Shown here: piece after piece, positions 37,561 to 49,700 of the stretch
Position numbering within the stretch: the first letter of the stretch is position 1
How the letters are laid out: every line of letters begins with the position of its first letter
Virus record (IMG/VR): IMGVR_UViG_3300030329_004627
Origin: an uncultured virus (IMG/VR IMGVR_UViG_3300030329_004627)
Taxonomy: Duplodnaviria; Heunggongvirae; Uroviricota; Caudoviricetes
Direction: 5' to 3' (one strand)
Length of the DNA: 64,000 nt
Made by a program: the position numbers and the translations under genes
The notes under the pieces: generated by a model
Told to the model about the DNA's origin: nothing
Database searches by the model: none
What the model saw: only the letters and a program-made list of their open reading frames with translations

Positions 37561-38534
37561 TGCTTAATTTTGAAAATATTGGGGATAGATTCGTACAAGT
37601 AGTTCATACTGATGAATGGGAGCAATTGCAGCAAAAGTTCAACAATTGTGTTGATATTTATGTATTAGGGCATGGTGGTAATCTTGCAGTAGCAGATCAT
37701 GCGGCAGTTGACATGACGCGACTATCAAACGGCACAAAGAATGCAATGTGTCCCGGTTCTGGAGTTGTTGCAACTTCTTTGATTAATGACTTGGGCTTCG
37801 ACCAGTGGATGGTATCCTGGCTATCTAGTCGCTGTATCTCTAAGAATAAAGAACAAATGAAAAAATCTTTAGTACTAGGTATTTCTTCTTCTGGCACATC
37901 TGTTGATATCATTAAAGCCCTTCAGTGGGCCCAAGACAACGGAATGCAAATTGGGATGATTACGTCGAAAGATTTGCCAGTAGAGATTCCAGATTTAACT
38001 AAAGTTATTTTAGGAGCTGATTATTATCATACAGCAGAGGTATTAACTTTGTTGTTGACATACCAGCTCACTCATGGATCGGGAAATGTTTGTCCGCCCA
38101 TTGGTAAGAACTCTCCAGACGAACTTAGAAAGCTTAACTGGAAGGGTGGGAAGATCCGAGAACACAGCTATCCCGACGAACAAATCAACATTGGTGTTGA
38201 TTTTGATAAAGTAATTCACAAGTGCTCCAAGGGCTATTACGATGGAACAATTTATGATGAGCCTGTTGAAGGCTCATTTGAAGCTCTCAAAACGTTAGCA
38301 GAAAAATACACCGTTATTGTTTACACATGTAAAGCTAAGCCAGATCGAGGCCTTGTCAATGGAAAAACTGGAACTGAATTGGTTTGGGAATGGCTCAAGA
38401 AACATGACATGGCTCAATTTGTAAGCAAAGTTACTTCTGAAAAGCCACGCGCACGTTTTTATATTGATGATAAGGCGATTAGATTCACAGACTGGGAATC
38501 TGCTTTTAGAGACATTGAGGAAATTGATGGCTAG
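37560..38534 (+). CDS. SIS sugar-phosphate isomerase fused to a HAD-like phosphatase
   Basis: LGHGGNLAVADH, GISSSGTS; C-terminal GVDFDKVIH...KP...YIDDKA. Confidence 0.8.
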   Translation: MLNFENIGDRFVQVVHTDEWEQLQQKFNNCVDIYVLGHGGNLAVADHAAVDMTRLSNGTKNAMCPGSGVVATSLINDLGFDQWMVSWLSSRCISKNKEQMKKSLVLGISSSGTSVDIIKALQWAQDNGMQIGMITSKDLPVEIPDLTKVILGADYYHTAEVLTLLLTYQLTHGSGNVCPPIGKNSPDELRKLNWKGGKIREHSYPDEQINIGVDFDKVIHKCSKGYYDGTIYDEPVEGSFEALKTLAEKYTVIVYTCKAKPDRGLVNGKTGTELVWEWLKKHDMAQFVSKVTSEKPRARFYIDDKAIRFTDWESAFRDIEEIDG

Positions 38535-39381
38535 ATGTTTAGTTACTGGACATAAGGGATACATAGGATCTCGTATAGTAAAAAAACTACAAGCCGAAAA
38601 CCACGAAACCATTGGAATCGACTTGGTGTGCACAAAGTATATGGGAGACATCCGAAGTGATGCTTTTTTGAACGCTAGCGCTGTTTGGGCCAAATTTAAG
38701 CCTGAATATATTTTTCACTGCGCAGCAAAACCAAGCGTTCAATGGAGTGTTGAAAATCCGTCAAAGTCTTTATCTCACAATGTTTACGGTACTTCCCGAG
38801 TTTTAGAGTTTGCAAAAATGATAAATGCCAAAAGAGTTATTTTTTCGTCCTCTGCGGCAGTTTATGGAAACGATGGCAAGCCTTGTAGTCCTTATGGTGC
38901 TCACAAATATATGTCAGAAATAGAATGTAAGCTGTATGCAGGCTTATATGATATAGATACCGTATCGTTACGCTATTTTAATGTATTTTCAAAAGATCAA
39001 AAGTATGGCGGCGCATATTCTACCGTAATTGCAGCATGGAACTATGCAGCTAGAAACAATAAGCCACTTTATGTAGATGGTGACGGCTTTCAATCACGTG
39101 ACTTTATACATGTTGATGATATAGTTGACTGTAATATATTTTGCATGAACCGCAGTGATGATTTTTTAGGAAATATTTATGATGTGGGAACTGGAGAGTC
39201 ATTAACGTTAAATAATATAAAGCAGCTTATATCAAGCATGAGAAGATACGAGTGGGTTTATAGGTCGGAAAGACAAGGAGACGTTAGGCAATCTTGCGCC
39301 AACAATAGTGCCCTAAAGATTATAGGGTGGTCTGCTAAAAAAGACGTTAAACAAAGCATTAAAAATATATTTGGAGGTTAA
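38527..39381 (+). CDS. NAD-dependent epimerase/dehydratase
   Basis: VTGHKGYIGS, SSSAAVYG, PYGAHK, LRYFNV, RDFIHVDD. Confidence 0.92.
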   Translation: MARCLVTGHKGYIGSRIVKKLQAENHETIGIDLVCTKYMGDIRSDAFLNASAVWAKFKPEYIFHCAAKPSVQWSVENPSKSLSHNVYGTSRVLEFAKMINAKRVIFSSSAAVYGNDGKPCSPYGAHKYMSEIECKLYAGLYDIDTVSLRYFNVFSKDQKYGGAYSTVIAAWNYAARNNKPLYVDGDGFQSRDFIHVDDIVDCNIFCMNRSDDFLGNIYDVGTGESLTLNNIKQLISSMRRYEWVYRSERQGDVRQSCANNSALKIIGWSAKKDVKQSIKNIFGG

Positions 39382-39383
39382 CA

Positions 39384-39614
39384 ATGCAAAACAACAAAAA
39401 TACAGAATCTTATGAACTATCTGTTCAGGCCCTCGGATCTATCATGATGGCTCTTCAAGAGTCTCTTTTGAATCAATTGGACATAGTTCCTATTTTAAAA
39501 GGATTTAAGCTAGCTCCAAGCGAAAATGGCTTGGTAGTTTTAAACCCGCCAACAGTAAGAGTTACCGATGAATCTTTAATAACTGAAGATGATTTAAAAA
39601 ATATGGTCAAGTAA
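39384..39614 (+). CDS. Hypothetical protein
   Basis: SD GGAGG; 76 aa. Confidence 0.7.
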   Translation: MQNNKNTESYELSVQALGSIMMALQESLLNQLDIVPILKGFKLAPSENGLVVLNPPTVRVTDESLITEDDLKNMVK

Positions 39615-39869
39615 ATGCCTAGATATTTGTATCAGTGTGCAGTTTGTCATATTACATCTTCTGTTTTTCACCTTATCGATGAAACTATCAGTGAATGTGG
39701 CGCATGCAACAGTGCTGAAAGTATGCACAAAATTTTAAGCACTCCTTTTGTTGTAAACAAGAAAGACAAGAAAAGCGATACTAATGTGGGAGACTTAACT
39801 AAAGAATATATTGAGGCAAATCGCGATATATTGAATCAAGAAAAATCAAAACGAGAATCATATGACTAA
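39615..39869 (+). CDS. FmdB-like zinc-ribbon protein
   Basis: MPRYLYQCAVC...CGAC. Confidence 0.75.
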   Translation: MPRYLYQCAVCHITSSVFHLIDETISECGACNSAESMHKILSTPFVVNKKDKKSDTNVGDLTKEYIEANRDILNQEKSKRESYD

Positions 39870-40197
39870 ACTAGAAATAATATTATCTGCTATTTTAACA
39901 CTATCGCTGTTGTTTAATCTAGGCTTATTCATATACGCTCGCCAAGTTGTTTCAAGGCTTATAGATATATCAGGAGAGCTTGGGGATTTAGACAAAATGA
40001 TAACTTCTTTTAGCAATCACTTGGCCTCTGTTTATCAGCTTGAAACTTTTTATGGAGATCAGACTCTTGAAAATCTTTTAGCGCATGCTCGCTCTTTCAC
40101 TGAACAAATGGATACATTTGATTACATATATTATTTTGAAGATGAAGCTGAAGCTGAAGAAGATACCTTATCAGAAGAAGAAAAAGATGAACAATAA
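39862..40197 (+). CDS. Membrane-anchored hypothetical protein
   Basis: N-terminal TM helix; FYGDQTLENL. Confidence 0.7.
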   Translation: MTKLEIILSAILTLSLLFNLGLFIYARQVVSRLIDISGELGDLDKMITSFSNHLASVYQLETFYGDQTLENLLAHARSFTEQMDTFDYIYYFEDEAEAEEDTLSEEEKDEQ

Positions 40198-40891
40198 AAC
40201 GAAGACTAAAAAAACAAGAAGAAAAAAGAATCATTATTTTACACAAGATCATGAAGACGCAATAATACAATACACAAAAACAAATTGTATTAGAGAGCGA
40301 ACCGAGCTGTACGTCAAATGGATTCAGCCTGCATTCAACGAAATGGTTGATAAAATAGTTTTTACCTATAAGTTTACTAATTTGCCTAACTGTGAATCCT
40401 TGCGAGATGAATGTAAGATTTGGCTTATGACAATTTTAGAAAAATACGATCCTTCAAAAGGCTCTAAGGCTTTTTCATATTTTTCTGTTATTACTAAAAA
40501 CTGGTTTATTCATAAAGTTAAAAAACAACAAAAAAGAAACGCGCGCGAAGTTGATTACGCTAATGTACCTAATAAATTTGAAGAAGAATATCTTTCAACC
40601 ACTGATTCGTATATATCCCAAAGAGAAGAAGATGAGTTTTGGTTGCATTTTTACGGCGAGTTGAAATCATGGGACACTAGTCAGATGAAAGAAAATGATT
40701 TAAAAGTTTATAAAGCCATTAAAGTGCTTTTTGAATCAAAAGACGATATCGAAATTTTTAACAAAAAAGCTATTTATTTATATCTTAGAGAAATTACCGG
40801 GCTTAATACAAAGCAGATTGTTAATTCTTTAAAGAAGTTTAGAAAAAAATATTTTATTTTTAAGGATGAGTGGGAAAGCGGCGTGTTATGA
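40187..40891 (+). CDS. Phage sigma-factor-like protein (T4 gp55-like late sigma)
   Basis: NHYFT; KYDPSKGSKAFSYFSVITKN resembles sigma region 2; C-terminal helix-turn-helix-like segment. Confidence 0.6.
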   Translation: MNNKTKTKKTRRKKNHYFTQDHEDAIIQYTKTNCIRERTELYVKWIQPAFNEMVDKIVFTYKFTNLPNCESLRDECKIWLMTILEKYDPSKGSKAFSYFSVITKNWFIHKVKKQQKRNAREVDYANVPNKFEEEYLSTTDSYISQREEDEFWLHFYGELKSWDTSQMKENDLKVYKAIKVLFESKDDIEIFNKKAIYLYLREITGLNTKQIVNSLKKFRKKYFIFKDEWESGVL

Positions 40892-41181
40892 ATAATAAAG
40901 ATTTAGAGTCCCTTATCGATGAAGCTCTTGGAAATATCCGAGACGACAGAAAAATGGCAAGAGAATTTTTAAATGAAATAGCAAATCAAATTGCCTCAAA
41001 TGCGGAACACAATAGGCACTTAAGCCCTGTGGCAGCTAAGCATATAGAAACTCTTCAACGTTCTAATGAACAGTTGGTTAAAATTATAAGCTTAAGGCAG
41101 AAAGGCCAAGGCGCCAACGATTCATTATCAGAACAGGATAAAAATAATTTATTTGACTTAATTCAAAGCGAGCCACAGTAG
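40888..41181 (+). CDS. Hypothetical protein
   Basis: ATGA overlap; ETLQRSNEQLVK. Confidence 0.7.
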   Translation: MNNKDLESLIDEALGNIRDDRKMAREFLNEIANQIASNAEHNRHLSPVAAKHIETLQRSNEQLVKIISLRQKGQGANDSLSEQDKNNLFDLIQSEPQ

Positions 41182-41202
41182 TTTCGTCCTGGAGGGCATA
41201 AA

Positions 41203-42705
41203 ATGAGTTTAACAGATGGTCCCTTAAAAAGCGACTCGTTAACAACCCCAGCTGACGGCCAAGCCGCCGCCGCCGAAGCATTTAGAAGATCTTTAACTCC
41301 TGATCCTACAACTAATAAGGTCGTATTTCAAGTAAGAGTTTTGACGCCTGTGATTAATATGAGTCACACTTTTATCGAATATAAAGGCAACCTTCCAATA
41401 ACTCCTGGTCAGATAGCCCGAGCCGCTAAAAAAAATAACCCCGCCACTGCGATTCTTGAATTAGCCGGCATAGACCGGTCCACACCGGCCAGAGATATAG
41501 ACCCTTCAGTCGAAGATTCTCAAGGTATTTCAAGCAAAGTGGCCGCTTGGTATGAGAAAAACAGAGATAAATCGAAAGATGAGGCACCTACAGCTGCCGG
41601 CCCACTGAGTCTGCCTGAACCTGTCGGAGCTAATAAATATTACTTTTGGGGTCGAATAATCACCGAGCCTGATGCCCCGTTTCCTAGTCCCCATAGCATG
41701 TTTGCGGATCCTTGCACGCTTCATTCTACAGTGAAGCCAACTAGAGCTTTAGAGCTTATCCAGCTTCACACAAAATTTATTTCAAAATCAGGGTATGCAG
41801 GAGCTACTCCTGTTGTCGGCGATATTGTTGAAGTGACCTTAGACAAAGGCGACATAAGTTATAATATTCAATACTGTCATTTTGACGAAATATCAGACAT
41901 TACCCAAAAAGAAGCAACAAATATGTTTGGTGAACAACAATGCACTAATTTATCAAACTCATTTAACGATTGGGATGGCACCACTACAGGCTTTACAGAT
42001 AGTATCGCCATACCCGGCGGAGAGGTAGGTCCAGAGTGGGCTACAAACGATGATGACAGAAATATATTAATAGATAATTTCTCCGCTGCTTTGATCAATT
42101 TTGGTATGCCGAAAGGGTTTAGAGTAAGCTCTAGAGGCCGAACTGTTGGATATGGACAAAACATGGTTATGAGAATGGCTGATAGCTGCAAAATACCTCG
42201 AACTCCAGGCCCCGCACCTAGAAGCGATAATGCAAGCTGGGATCCAGCTGAAATAACAAGATTATGCGCAAAAATAAAAAAATCATGTGGAAAAGTCGTG
42301 GCAGATCCTCCTAAAAGTCCTCACTGCAAGCCGGGAGGAATTTATAGAGGAACAGGGTGCACAGGCGCCAGTTTAAATCGAATAGCCTTTGACGTTGCCG
42401 GCGCAGATTTGTGGAAAATAAGCCGAGCGTTAGAAAAATTTAAAAAGGCACCAGCCAGCAATCCTAAAGGTTATCAAGCTTTATTAAAAGATGGCACGCT
42501 GCTCTCCACATTTGTAAGTTTTGGCTGGACCGGCGGCCCAAAATGTCCACCAAAAGGATTTGGCTGGTGCGTCGAGCCTAATAATGGCTGCGTCCACATT
42601 GAAATTGTTCCGGCCGAAAAACCTGAAACCGAATCTATACCAGGCGGCGCTGACTCAGGTCAAGCTGAAGATGGTACAGAAGACACAACCGTTAACAACG
42701 AATAA
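41203..42705 (+). CDS. Putative baseplate hub-associated protein with degenerate M15-peptidase-like C-terminal domain
   Basis: PVVGDIVEV (OB-fold-like); RVSSRGRT...AFDV...CVHIE; position before the baseplate genes. Confidence 0.45.
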   Translation: MSLTDGPLKSDSLTTPADGQAAAAEAFRRSLTPDPTTNKVVFQVRVLTPVINMSHTFIEYKGNLPITPGQIARAAKKNNPATAILELAGIDRSTPARDIDPSVEDSQGISSKVAAWYEKNRDKSKDEAPTAAGPLSLPEPVGANKYYFWGRIITEPDAPFPSPHSMFADPCTLHSTVKPTRALELIQLHTKFISKSGYAGATPVVGDIVEVTLDKGDISYNIQYCHFDEISDITQKEATNMFGEQQCTNLSNSFNDWDGTTTGFTDSIAIPGGEVGPEWATNDDDRNILIDNFSAALINFGMPKGFRVSSRGRTVGYGQNMVMRMADSCKIPRTPGPAPRSDNASWDPAEITRLCAKIKKSCGKVVADPPKSPHCKPGGIYRGTGCTGASLNRIAFDVAGADLWKISRALEKFKKAPASNPKGYQALLKDGTLLSTFVSFGWTGGPKCPPKGFGWCVEPNNGCVHIEIVPAEKPETESIPGGADSGQAEDGTEDTTVNNE

Positions 42706-42732
42706 TAATGAAAGTATTGAGGTATAAATAAA

Positions 42733-43761
42733 ATGGCTTCTAATTTTTTTGACATGGAACTTCTTAGTCCTCGGAGACGCAAAGTTCTAAAAAGTTTTGA
42801 ATCTAAAATTCAGAATATGGGGATTGACTCGTTTAACTACATACCGCCCAACTCAGGTATTCTTGGTACAGATGGGCCCCAGCCGGTTATAAATTATCTT
42901 GGATCTACTAACGAAACTGTTATAAAAAATAGCCCAAATGGAAATGCTTGGATTTGTCTGGGAAAAGACAAACCAAGTGGAGAAATCAGTGGTACCGGCG
43001 GCGAAGGTGGAATGGGTACCGACAGTATTGATATTTGCGTTGGCAGAATTTCTTCTGTTGTTTATGGTAACAAAAATAAAAATATGGACGGGGCTATAGT
43101 TGAAAATAATTATGGCGCTGATGCTGCTAGGCTATTAGTAAGTTCTTTAACAAAAGTAGACAAAAACTTTGGCTTAGTAGCAGGTCGCGACGGAAAAGAA
43201 ACGGGAGAAGTTTCTGCCGTCGCGATGAAAGCTGATGCGGTCAGAATAATAGGAAAATCTAAAGGCGTAAAAATAGTCACTGGTCGCTCTTTTGCTTTTC
43301 GAGGTTTTGGCCCTCGCGGCGAAACCTCATCTCGCGGCGGAAGAATAGCGGTTGCTCCTACTATTGAGTTAAATGCTGGCAATTTACAAGGGAAGGCTAG
43401 CCCAAACTTTATTGATAAGGTTAGGTTAAAAAATGATACAACTGAAGTATATCACCTTCAAGGTGTTGCGAAAGGTGAAAATGTTCGTGATGCAATCAAA
43501 GAGTTATCTGATATTTTAGGTACTCTTATTGGAATAATTGACAGAATGTCAATGACGCAGATTACTTTAGCTAATGCTACTGGTGTTACATCTATAGAGC
43601 CATGGCGCGCCGGCGCAGCTCCTGTTACGGTGACTGAATATTTAAACTCTTATAAAAAATCTATGCGCATGCTTAGAATTGACAAACAATTTTGGGAGTT
43701 TAATTATTGTAAGCCGCTTGGTTTTAAATATGTTGCAAGTAGAAATGTATTTTCGACATAA
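42733..43761 (+). CDS. Putative baseplate spike/gp5-like protein
   Basis: Gly-rich beta repeats, MKADAVRIIG, GVAKGENV; gene context. Confidence 0.5.
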   Translation: MASNFFDMELLSPRRRKVLKSFESKIQNMGIDSFNYIPPNSGILGTDGPQPVINYLGSTNETVIKNSPNGNAWICLGKDKPSGEISGTGGEGGMGTDSIDICVGRISSVVYGNKNKNMDGAIVENNYGADAARLLVSSLTKVDKNFGLVAGRDGKETGEVSAVAMKADAVRIIGKSKGVKIVTGRSFAFRGFGPRGETSSRGGRIAVAPTIELNAGNLQGKASPNFIDKVRLKNDTTEVYHLQGVAKGENVRDAIKELSDILGTLIGIIDRMSMTQITLANATGVTSIEPWRAGAAPVTVTEYLNSYKKSMRMLRIDKQFWEFNYCKPLGFKYVASRNVFST

Positions 43762-43770
43762 GGAAACATA

Positions 43771-46700
43771 ATGACTTCAAAGTTTATAAAATATCAAGAT
43801 TATGATGGCAATAATATACCGGATGTTTGTGACGATTTGGTCACAATGCCAGCTGAAAGTTCCTGTTTAGATTGTAAGCCAAACCCAAGTTTTGTGGCCC
43901 CGTCATGGCGTAATGTACCAGCTAAAAACCCAAAATCATGGCTTAACGAAAAAACATGTAAATATCAGGTAGCCGTTTCAACTAAATATACATCACTTAT
44001 TCCTAATGCTGATGCATCTGAAAGCGAGGCGGAAGAATACACAAACAATATTTTTAAAGAACACCAAGATGAAGCGATAGAAGCTCTCCTGTTATCTTTT
44101 AATAAAAAAACTACGACTAAATCAATTAACACAGTTGCAGCTGCTATAGAATACGAAAATTTTGATCTTGACTCCCGAGCTATATCATATGTAAAACTTT
44201 TATATTCTGTTCCTCAAGAGGTCATTTCTGGCATTGAAGACGCAGATCCAGAAGAAGAAGAATCAGAAGAGGGCCCAGGTCTCCCGATAACTGTGAACTT
44301 TGACGGCGATGACTTTAACAATTCTTTGTTTAAAATTCGCAGAGCGCTAAAGCTATACAGTAGATATTTATCAGTTTTTCGCAATGTTGAAAAAGGAAAT
44401 ATGATTTTTATTAAGTCGGGGCTTCTTTTTAACTTAGGTCGCTACGGAGAAGGAACTGGCAAAGGAGATGCAGATACAATCAAAATTATTCAACAACATT
44501 TAGAAGATTTTCTTAGCGATCATGGTTTAAGATTACGTGGTGGTCCTATAGTTGGAATAATGGGAGATCGGATAACTCAAATTACTTTTAAATTTTCAGA
44601 AAAATATGAGCTTGTAAAAATAGTAGCCCTCACAGAAGGTTGTGGAAATAAGCCTTTTAAGTTTGGCCCTAAGAAGCTCAAACCGCTAACGAACAAAAAA
44701 GAACTTAAAGATAAAACAGCAATGGCCTATATTGCCCAATCGCAAGAGATGATTGAGAGCCTTACAAGTAGAGAGCCAATGCCGTGGATTGATTTTCTAA
44801 TCAAATACACATATCCGTCAATCAAAGAAACATTCAACTGGCCTCTTCCGGCTTCTGCAAGATCAGAAGTCGCAGCTAGTTGTGTAGGCGATGCATTGGC
44901 TAAAAAAGGCGTTCAGTTAGGGCAAGACTTGCTAGATTCTACATTTAGTATTGCTGATTCGTTTGTTTATTTATTTAGAAAAAACAATTGTTTAAACTCT
45001 ATAGCTGATTATGAAAACAAAAAATTAGAACCATATGGTCTTGTTTTGGATCCGAAAAACACAAACACATGGAAAGATATGGCGTCCATTGCGAAAATTC
45101 AAGCTTATAAAGAGCTTGAAAGCAATGACGCGGTTTTTGTAGATTTGTGTTTTAATATTTTAAAAGGCAAATTTGGAAAAGGAGACTCTTCTAAGCCGTC
45201 AGATGTAATAGATCAAATGTGGCCAGAGGCGTTTGATAGGCTGAAAGCATGTGGATTAGCTGAATTTATGTTAGACACAGTTAAATGTCTTATGGCTAAT
45301 CTTACCTTTGAACAAGCAATGTCAAGAGTAATCAATGCCGCGCTGCAAAATATGTCTATCGACAATTTAGGAAAACTATTTATCGGATTGCCGGCCGACG
45401 CACAACAAGACATTGCAGACTTAGTGCAGCAAAAAATAGACAATGGCGATGTTTTTAAGCCAGATAGTGAAAACGCGCAATTAAGTTCATTAATAGCCCA
45501 AGGAGCAGATCGTACTGCTTTACAAAATACTCCTCCATGGTCTGGTGAAAATATCACCATGCTCGATACGCGTGGCCAAACAGCAAAAACACTTGCAACA
45601 GAGCCATTTCGATCAGGAAAAGGCAATCGTCCAACTCCCGAAGAACAAGCGCAGTTGCCCGGCGAAAGAAGAACATTAGCACAACAAACACTGGGAATCA
45701 AAGGAACCGCAGAACAGTCGTTAAACCAAGGAGTAATTCTACAGCTATACATTGAAAGTCTAATAGAATATTACAGCGAAAATCTTTTAGAAGTTATGGA
45801 CATGCTTAATAAATTTCCTGGCGCGCCCTTAATAGCTGAAACATTAGCTTATTTTGATTGCCCAACGGCTCCTATGTTTGAGCCAAGCTATTTAGATTTT
45901 ATTAAAGATATCGAGCTTCCGTTCTGTAAAAATGGAAACGAAATAACACTTCCGGTTTTGCAGAATCCATTTGGTTGGATCCCCGAATGGAAAGACATAG
46001 GCAAGATAGCATTCGATTCTTTGAAATTGGCTATACAAAATGCAATCATATTAGCGCTCCAAAAGTTAATGGTAAAAATTTGCAACCTATTAGGAGGTGC
46101 CATGTGCAAAATAGGCGGTACTATTGGTTCGGTTGCGTTTAATATAGCAGAAGCCAACAATAGAGATACTCTTGCAAATACTATTGCATCGGCTATTTGC
46201 GGAGGAGACACAACATCAGTAAATGATACAATTTTAGACATGTTTGAAAAACTAGGGGTCGGTGGCGCGGCCCTTGCCAATCAAGAAGATGTCATTAGTT
46301 TTACAGGCGATATTTCCTCTATGCTTACGAGAAGTGAACTAATGGAAGCTTTTCTAGGTAACATGTCAGAACAGACAAGTTCTTTAATAAGCGACTTGAT
46401 TGAATCAGAATATCCTCAGTTTTTAGAAGGTCTTCCTGACAATGGCGCCATCCAAGACTTTTTTAATAATATGGGTAAGATTTTTCCCGAAGATTTGAAA
46501 AACGATATGAGAAACTTCTTAGACACTCTCGGGCCCGACGACTTCTTGCCGGCCAATCCTACTATGTGTGCGACCCCAGAGGCGATAGAAGATTTTTGTA
46601 ACTACCGTACTTCTTTGTTGGCCGGCCGAGCAACTGCGGCCCAAGCTGCACAAATGTGCGAAAATTATCAAAATGAACTTATGGACGAAATCGGCACCCT

Positions 46701-49700
46701 CGCTGATGCACTGCAGGGCGATCCACTAGCAGACGCGCTACCGCCATTGGTGTCCGATCCAGGCTGCGACAATGGGCTTATTCCATTTGAGTCGCCAGAA
46801 GATCAAATGATTGCTGGCCAATCGTTGACCACAATATTAAAACAGCTCTTAAACTCATATTCAGAAGATATGTTAGGGAACGGGCCAAACGAGAAAAAGT
46901 GGGGCATGATGAATATGATCTTGTCAGACACTCAGGGCGTTCCTTTAACTGCACATTATCGAAGAGCATATAATAGAAGAAATTATGTTGATTTCATAGA
47001 GCTTAACGATAACAATATTTTAGAAGATCCAGAGGGAATGTTTCCTAAATACGTAGCTGAATGGCTTAGAGAGTCTATGACTGGTTTAGTTGAAGATTCT
47101 GAAAACAACATGTATTTCTCTTCCAGCAACTCTTATGCAAATAGTCGACCATTTACAAGAACTTTTTCGCAAGTGGGAATCTCTCCTGTAGGGGGCGTCA
47201 AGCAACTTTCCTTGCCTAATCTAGGATATGACACTTCAATACGAATCGATACAGCCGCGCGCGAAGTTACTTTTATTAGAAATTTAAGAAAGAAAGAATC
47301 AGATATTTCTTTAAGATTTACAGACGCGAACAAAGGCTTGATTGAGCTTGGTTCGCCTTGGTCATACGGATTTGATATCGATATGTTTCTTTCTGAAGTT
47401 CATGTTGCACAAGAAAGAATGACTACAGAATATGTCGCACCTACTGCTGAACTAACACATGAGCACATATACTTTATTGATGATAATGGAAAAGGTAAAA
47501 CAAATGTAATCGCCGGTCATTCACATAAAATTATAGATAATGCCATTCAAGAAGCTAGTTCATCAATGGTTGGGCCGCATGCACATGATTTGCTAGCAAA
47601 TGAGGCTATTATTAATATTGAAAGCGACAATGCTAGAATAAACATCAACAATCTGTTAAATGAAAGTGCTTTAATTTTACCAGCCAATATTTTATCTTTA
47701 ACTGTTGAAGAGAAAGCCAAAATAGTCTCTGCAGTGCTTACACTTAATGATAATGTTACTGTAGATAGATCATATGAATTTTTAGCAACTGATGATACGC
47801 TTGCAGATTTAGACTATATTAATTATCCTGAATTTTTAAGTTGCTTTAATATGAGAAGGCTTTACGCACCACAAGTTGTATTGTTTAATGAAATTATGAC
47901 AAAAAACAATATCACGACAACTCTTGAAGAAACAAAAAGCATGTATGATAATCTTATGTCCGCTGCTTTTAAGTCGGTAATTGGTGATATTATCAACAAT
48001 GATGTAGCTTGGGAGTACGGCGCACTTTATGATAATTTAACAAAGGAATTGGCCGAATATGTTGTTGGTGAAGATCAGACAGATAGCCCTGCAGGAACAG
48101 CCTATGGCGAAGCAGTAATCAATGGAGAGAAAATTAGTGAAGATGATATGGTCATGGGAATCAGCCGCGACCAGTTAATAAATGGGGATAATGCGCGCGT
48201 ATTTTATCTAGATCCTGGACAATTTGGTGGCTCATATATGAATCCTAAAATTTATATTAAGCCGTTGCAAAATGAAGGATGGCTTGGATTCGTAGATGTG
48301 ATGTTTCCTGAATTGAGTCCCTGCGACCCATCAAAAACAGATTTGGTTAATCTTAAGCAAATTGAAGAAGAAGTGTCCAAATCGTATAAAACATTACCAG
48401 AAGACGAAAGATTAAAAGAAAACGATGACTGCATCGTAGAATTGCCTTACAATAGAATTCTAGAAAGAACTTCAAAAGCCGGCATTCAAGGCTTAATAAA
48501 AGCAACATGCAGAATATACGCTAGCGTTCACTTAATAAAATCTTTAGCTACATTTAGCAAGTTCGCTCCTCGATTCGAAGAAGTTTGCAGTTCAATATTT
48601 TCTCAGTTTATTGTTGAAGATATGGAAAAAACATTAAAAGATTCGCAAGGAGCATTTTGGGAAGCGTTCAACGTATTCAAAGATGAAGAATTTTGGTACG
48701 CATTTTTAGAACAATCAGTTCAAACATACGGAAGATTAATAGATGAAGGAACGGTGGTGCTGCCTCCAAAACACGTTTTAAGTGCCTTAAATGAAATCAA
48801 CGATATGCAAGAATCTTATGTGTATCCAACTAGAGAAGATTTTAGACAAGCTAAGCAGGCGGGAGATGCAAGAGGGTTTGAAACTTTTAAAAATTACAAA
48901 GAAAGATTAAATTATGAAGCTGTTAAAAGCACTGAAAAGCCGGCAAAAATAATATTACAAGAGATGGTTAAATCTGAACTCAATAGCATGGGAGAGATAC
49001 TAACAAGCAATATGGGTGATTTAAATTTATCACCTGATGTTTATAATTTAGATTATTATTTGCTTACAAATTTGTGCCAAGGAACTATTGATTTAGAGCT
49101 TGATAAAGATATTAAAGAAACTGTTTCCGACGACATACCATCAACTGGCTCAGACAGCAATCTATATACTAACGGCGGCCAATTCACAACGCCAACTGGT
49201 GAAGAATATGTTGGCTTTTATCATATTCACGAAGATGATGAAGGTGCCCTCATATATATGGCTGGGGCTTATCACACTTCAGAACAGCATGAAGCATTAA
49301 ATATTTTTGCTAACAAGCTTATTGTTCCAATTGGCGATGTAGAAGAAATTGGCTTTGAGGCTCAATATAACGAAGAGGTGCCTTTTGTTATTGAAAAATA
49401 TATAACAGTTAATGGGATTAGGCTTACAAATGACGTAGCGCTAGAACTAATCAAGAGTAACGATAATGCGCTGTATATATCAGATGTGTATCCCGGAACT
49501 TTAAGACATGTTTATGCATCAGAAGCAACCGGAGAAGATATTCCACAAGAAGAAGACATGGTTGTAGGCCTTGCAGGGGAGCTTGGAGTTAGATATGGCA
49601 TTGCGCTTTCAATCGTTGCACCAGATAATACTAAGAAGTTTCTCGTATCATCGGAAGTAGATGCACTTGATACGTTGATAGGGCAGTTTGCGCCATTGGA

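Noticed and set aside
45213..46280. Minus-strand ORFs of 179 and 130 aa (and similar ones across the window)
   Set aside because: They are antisense to long + strand genes and have no motifs or SD.
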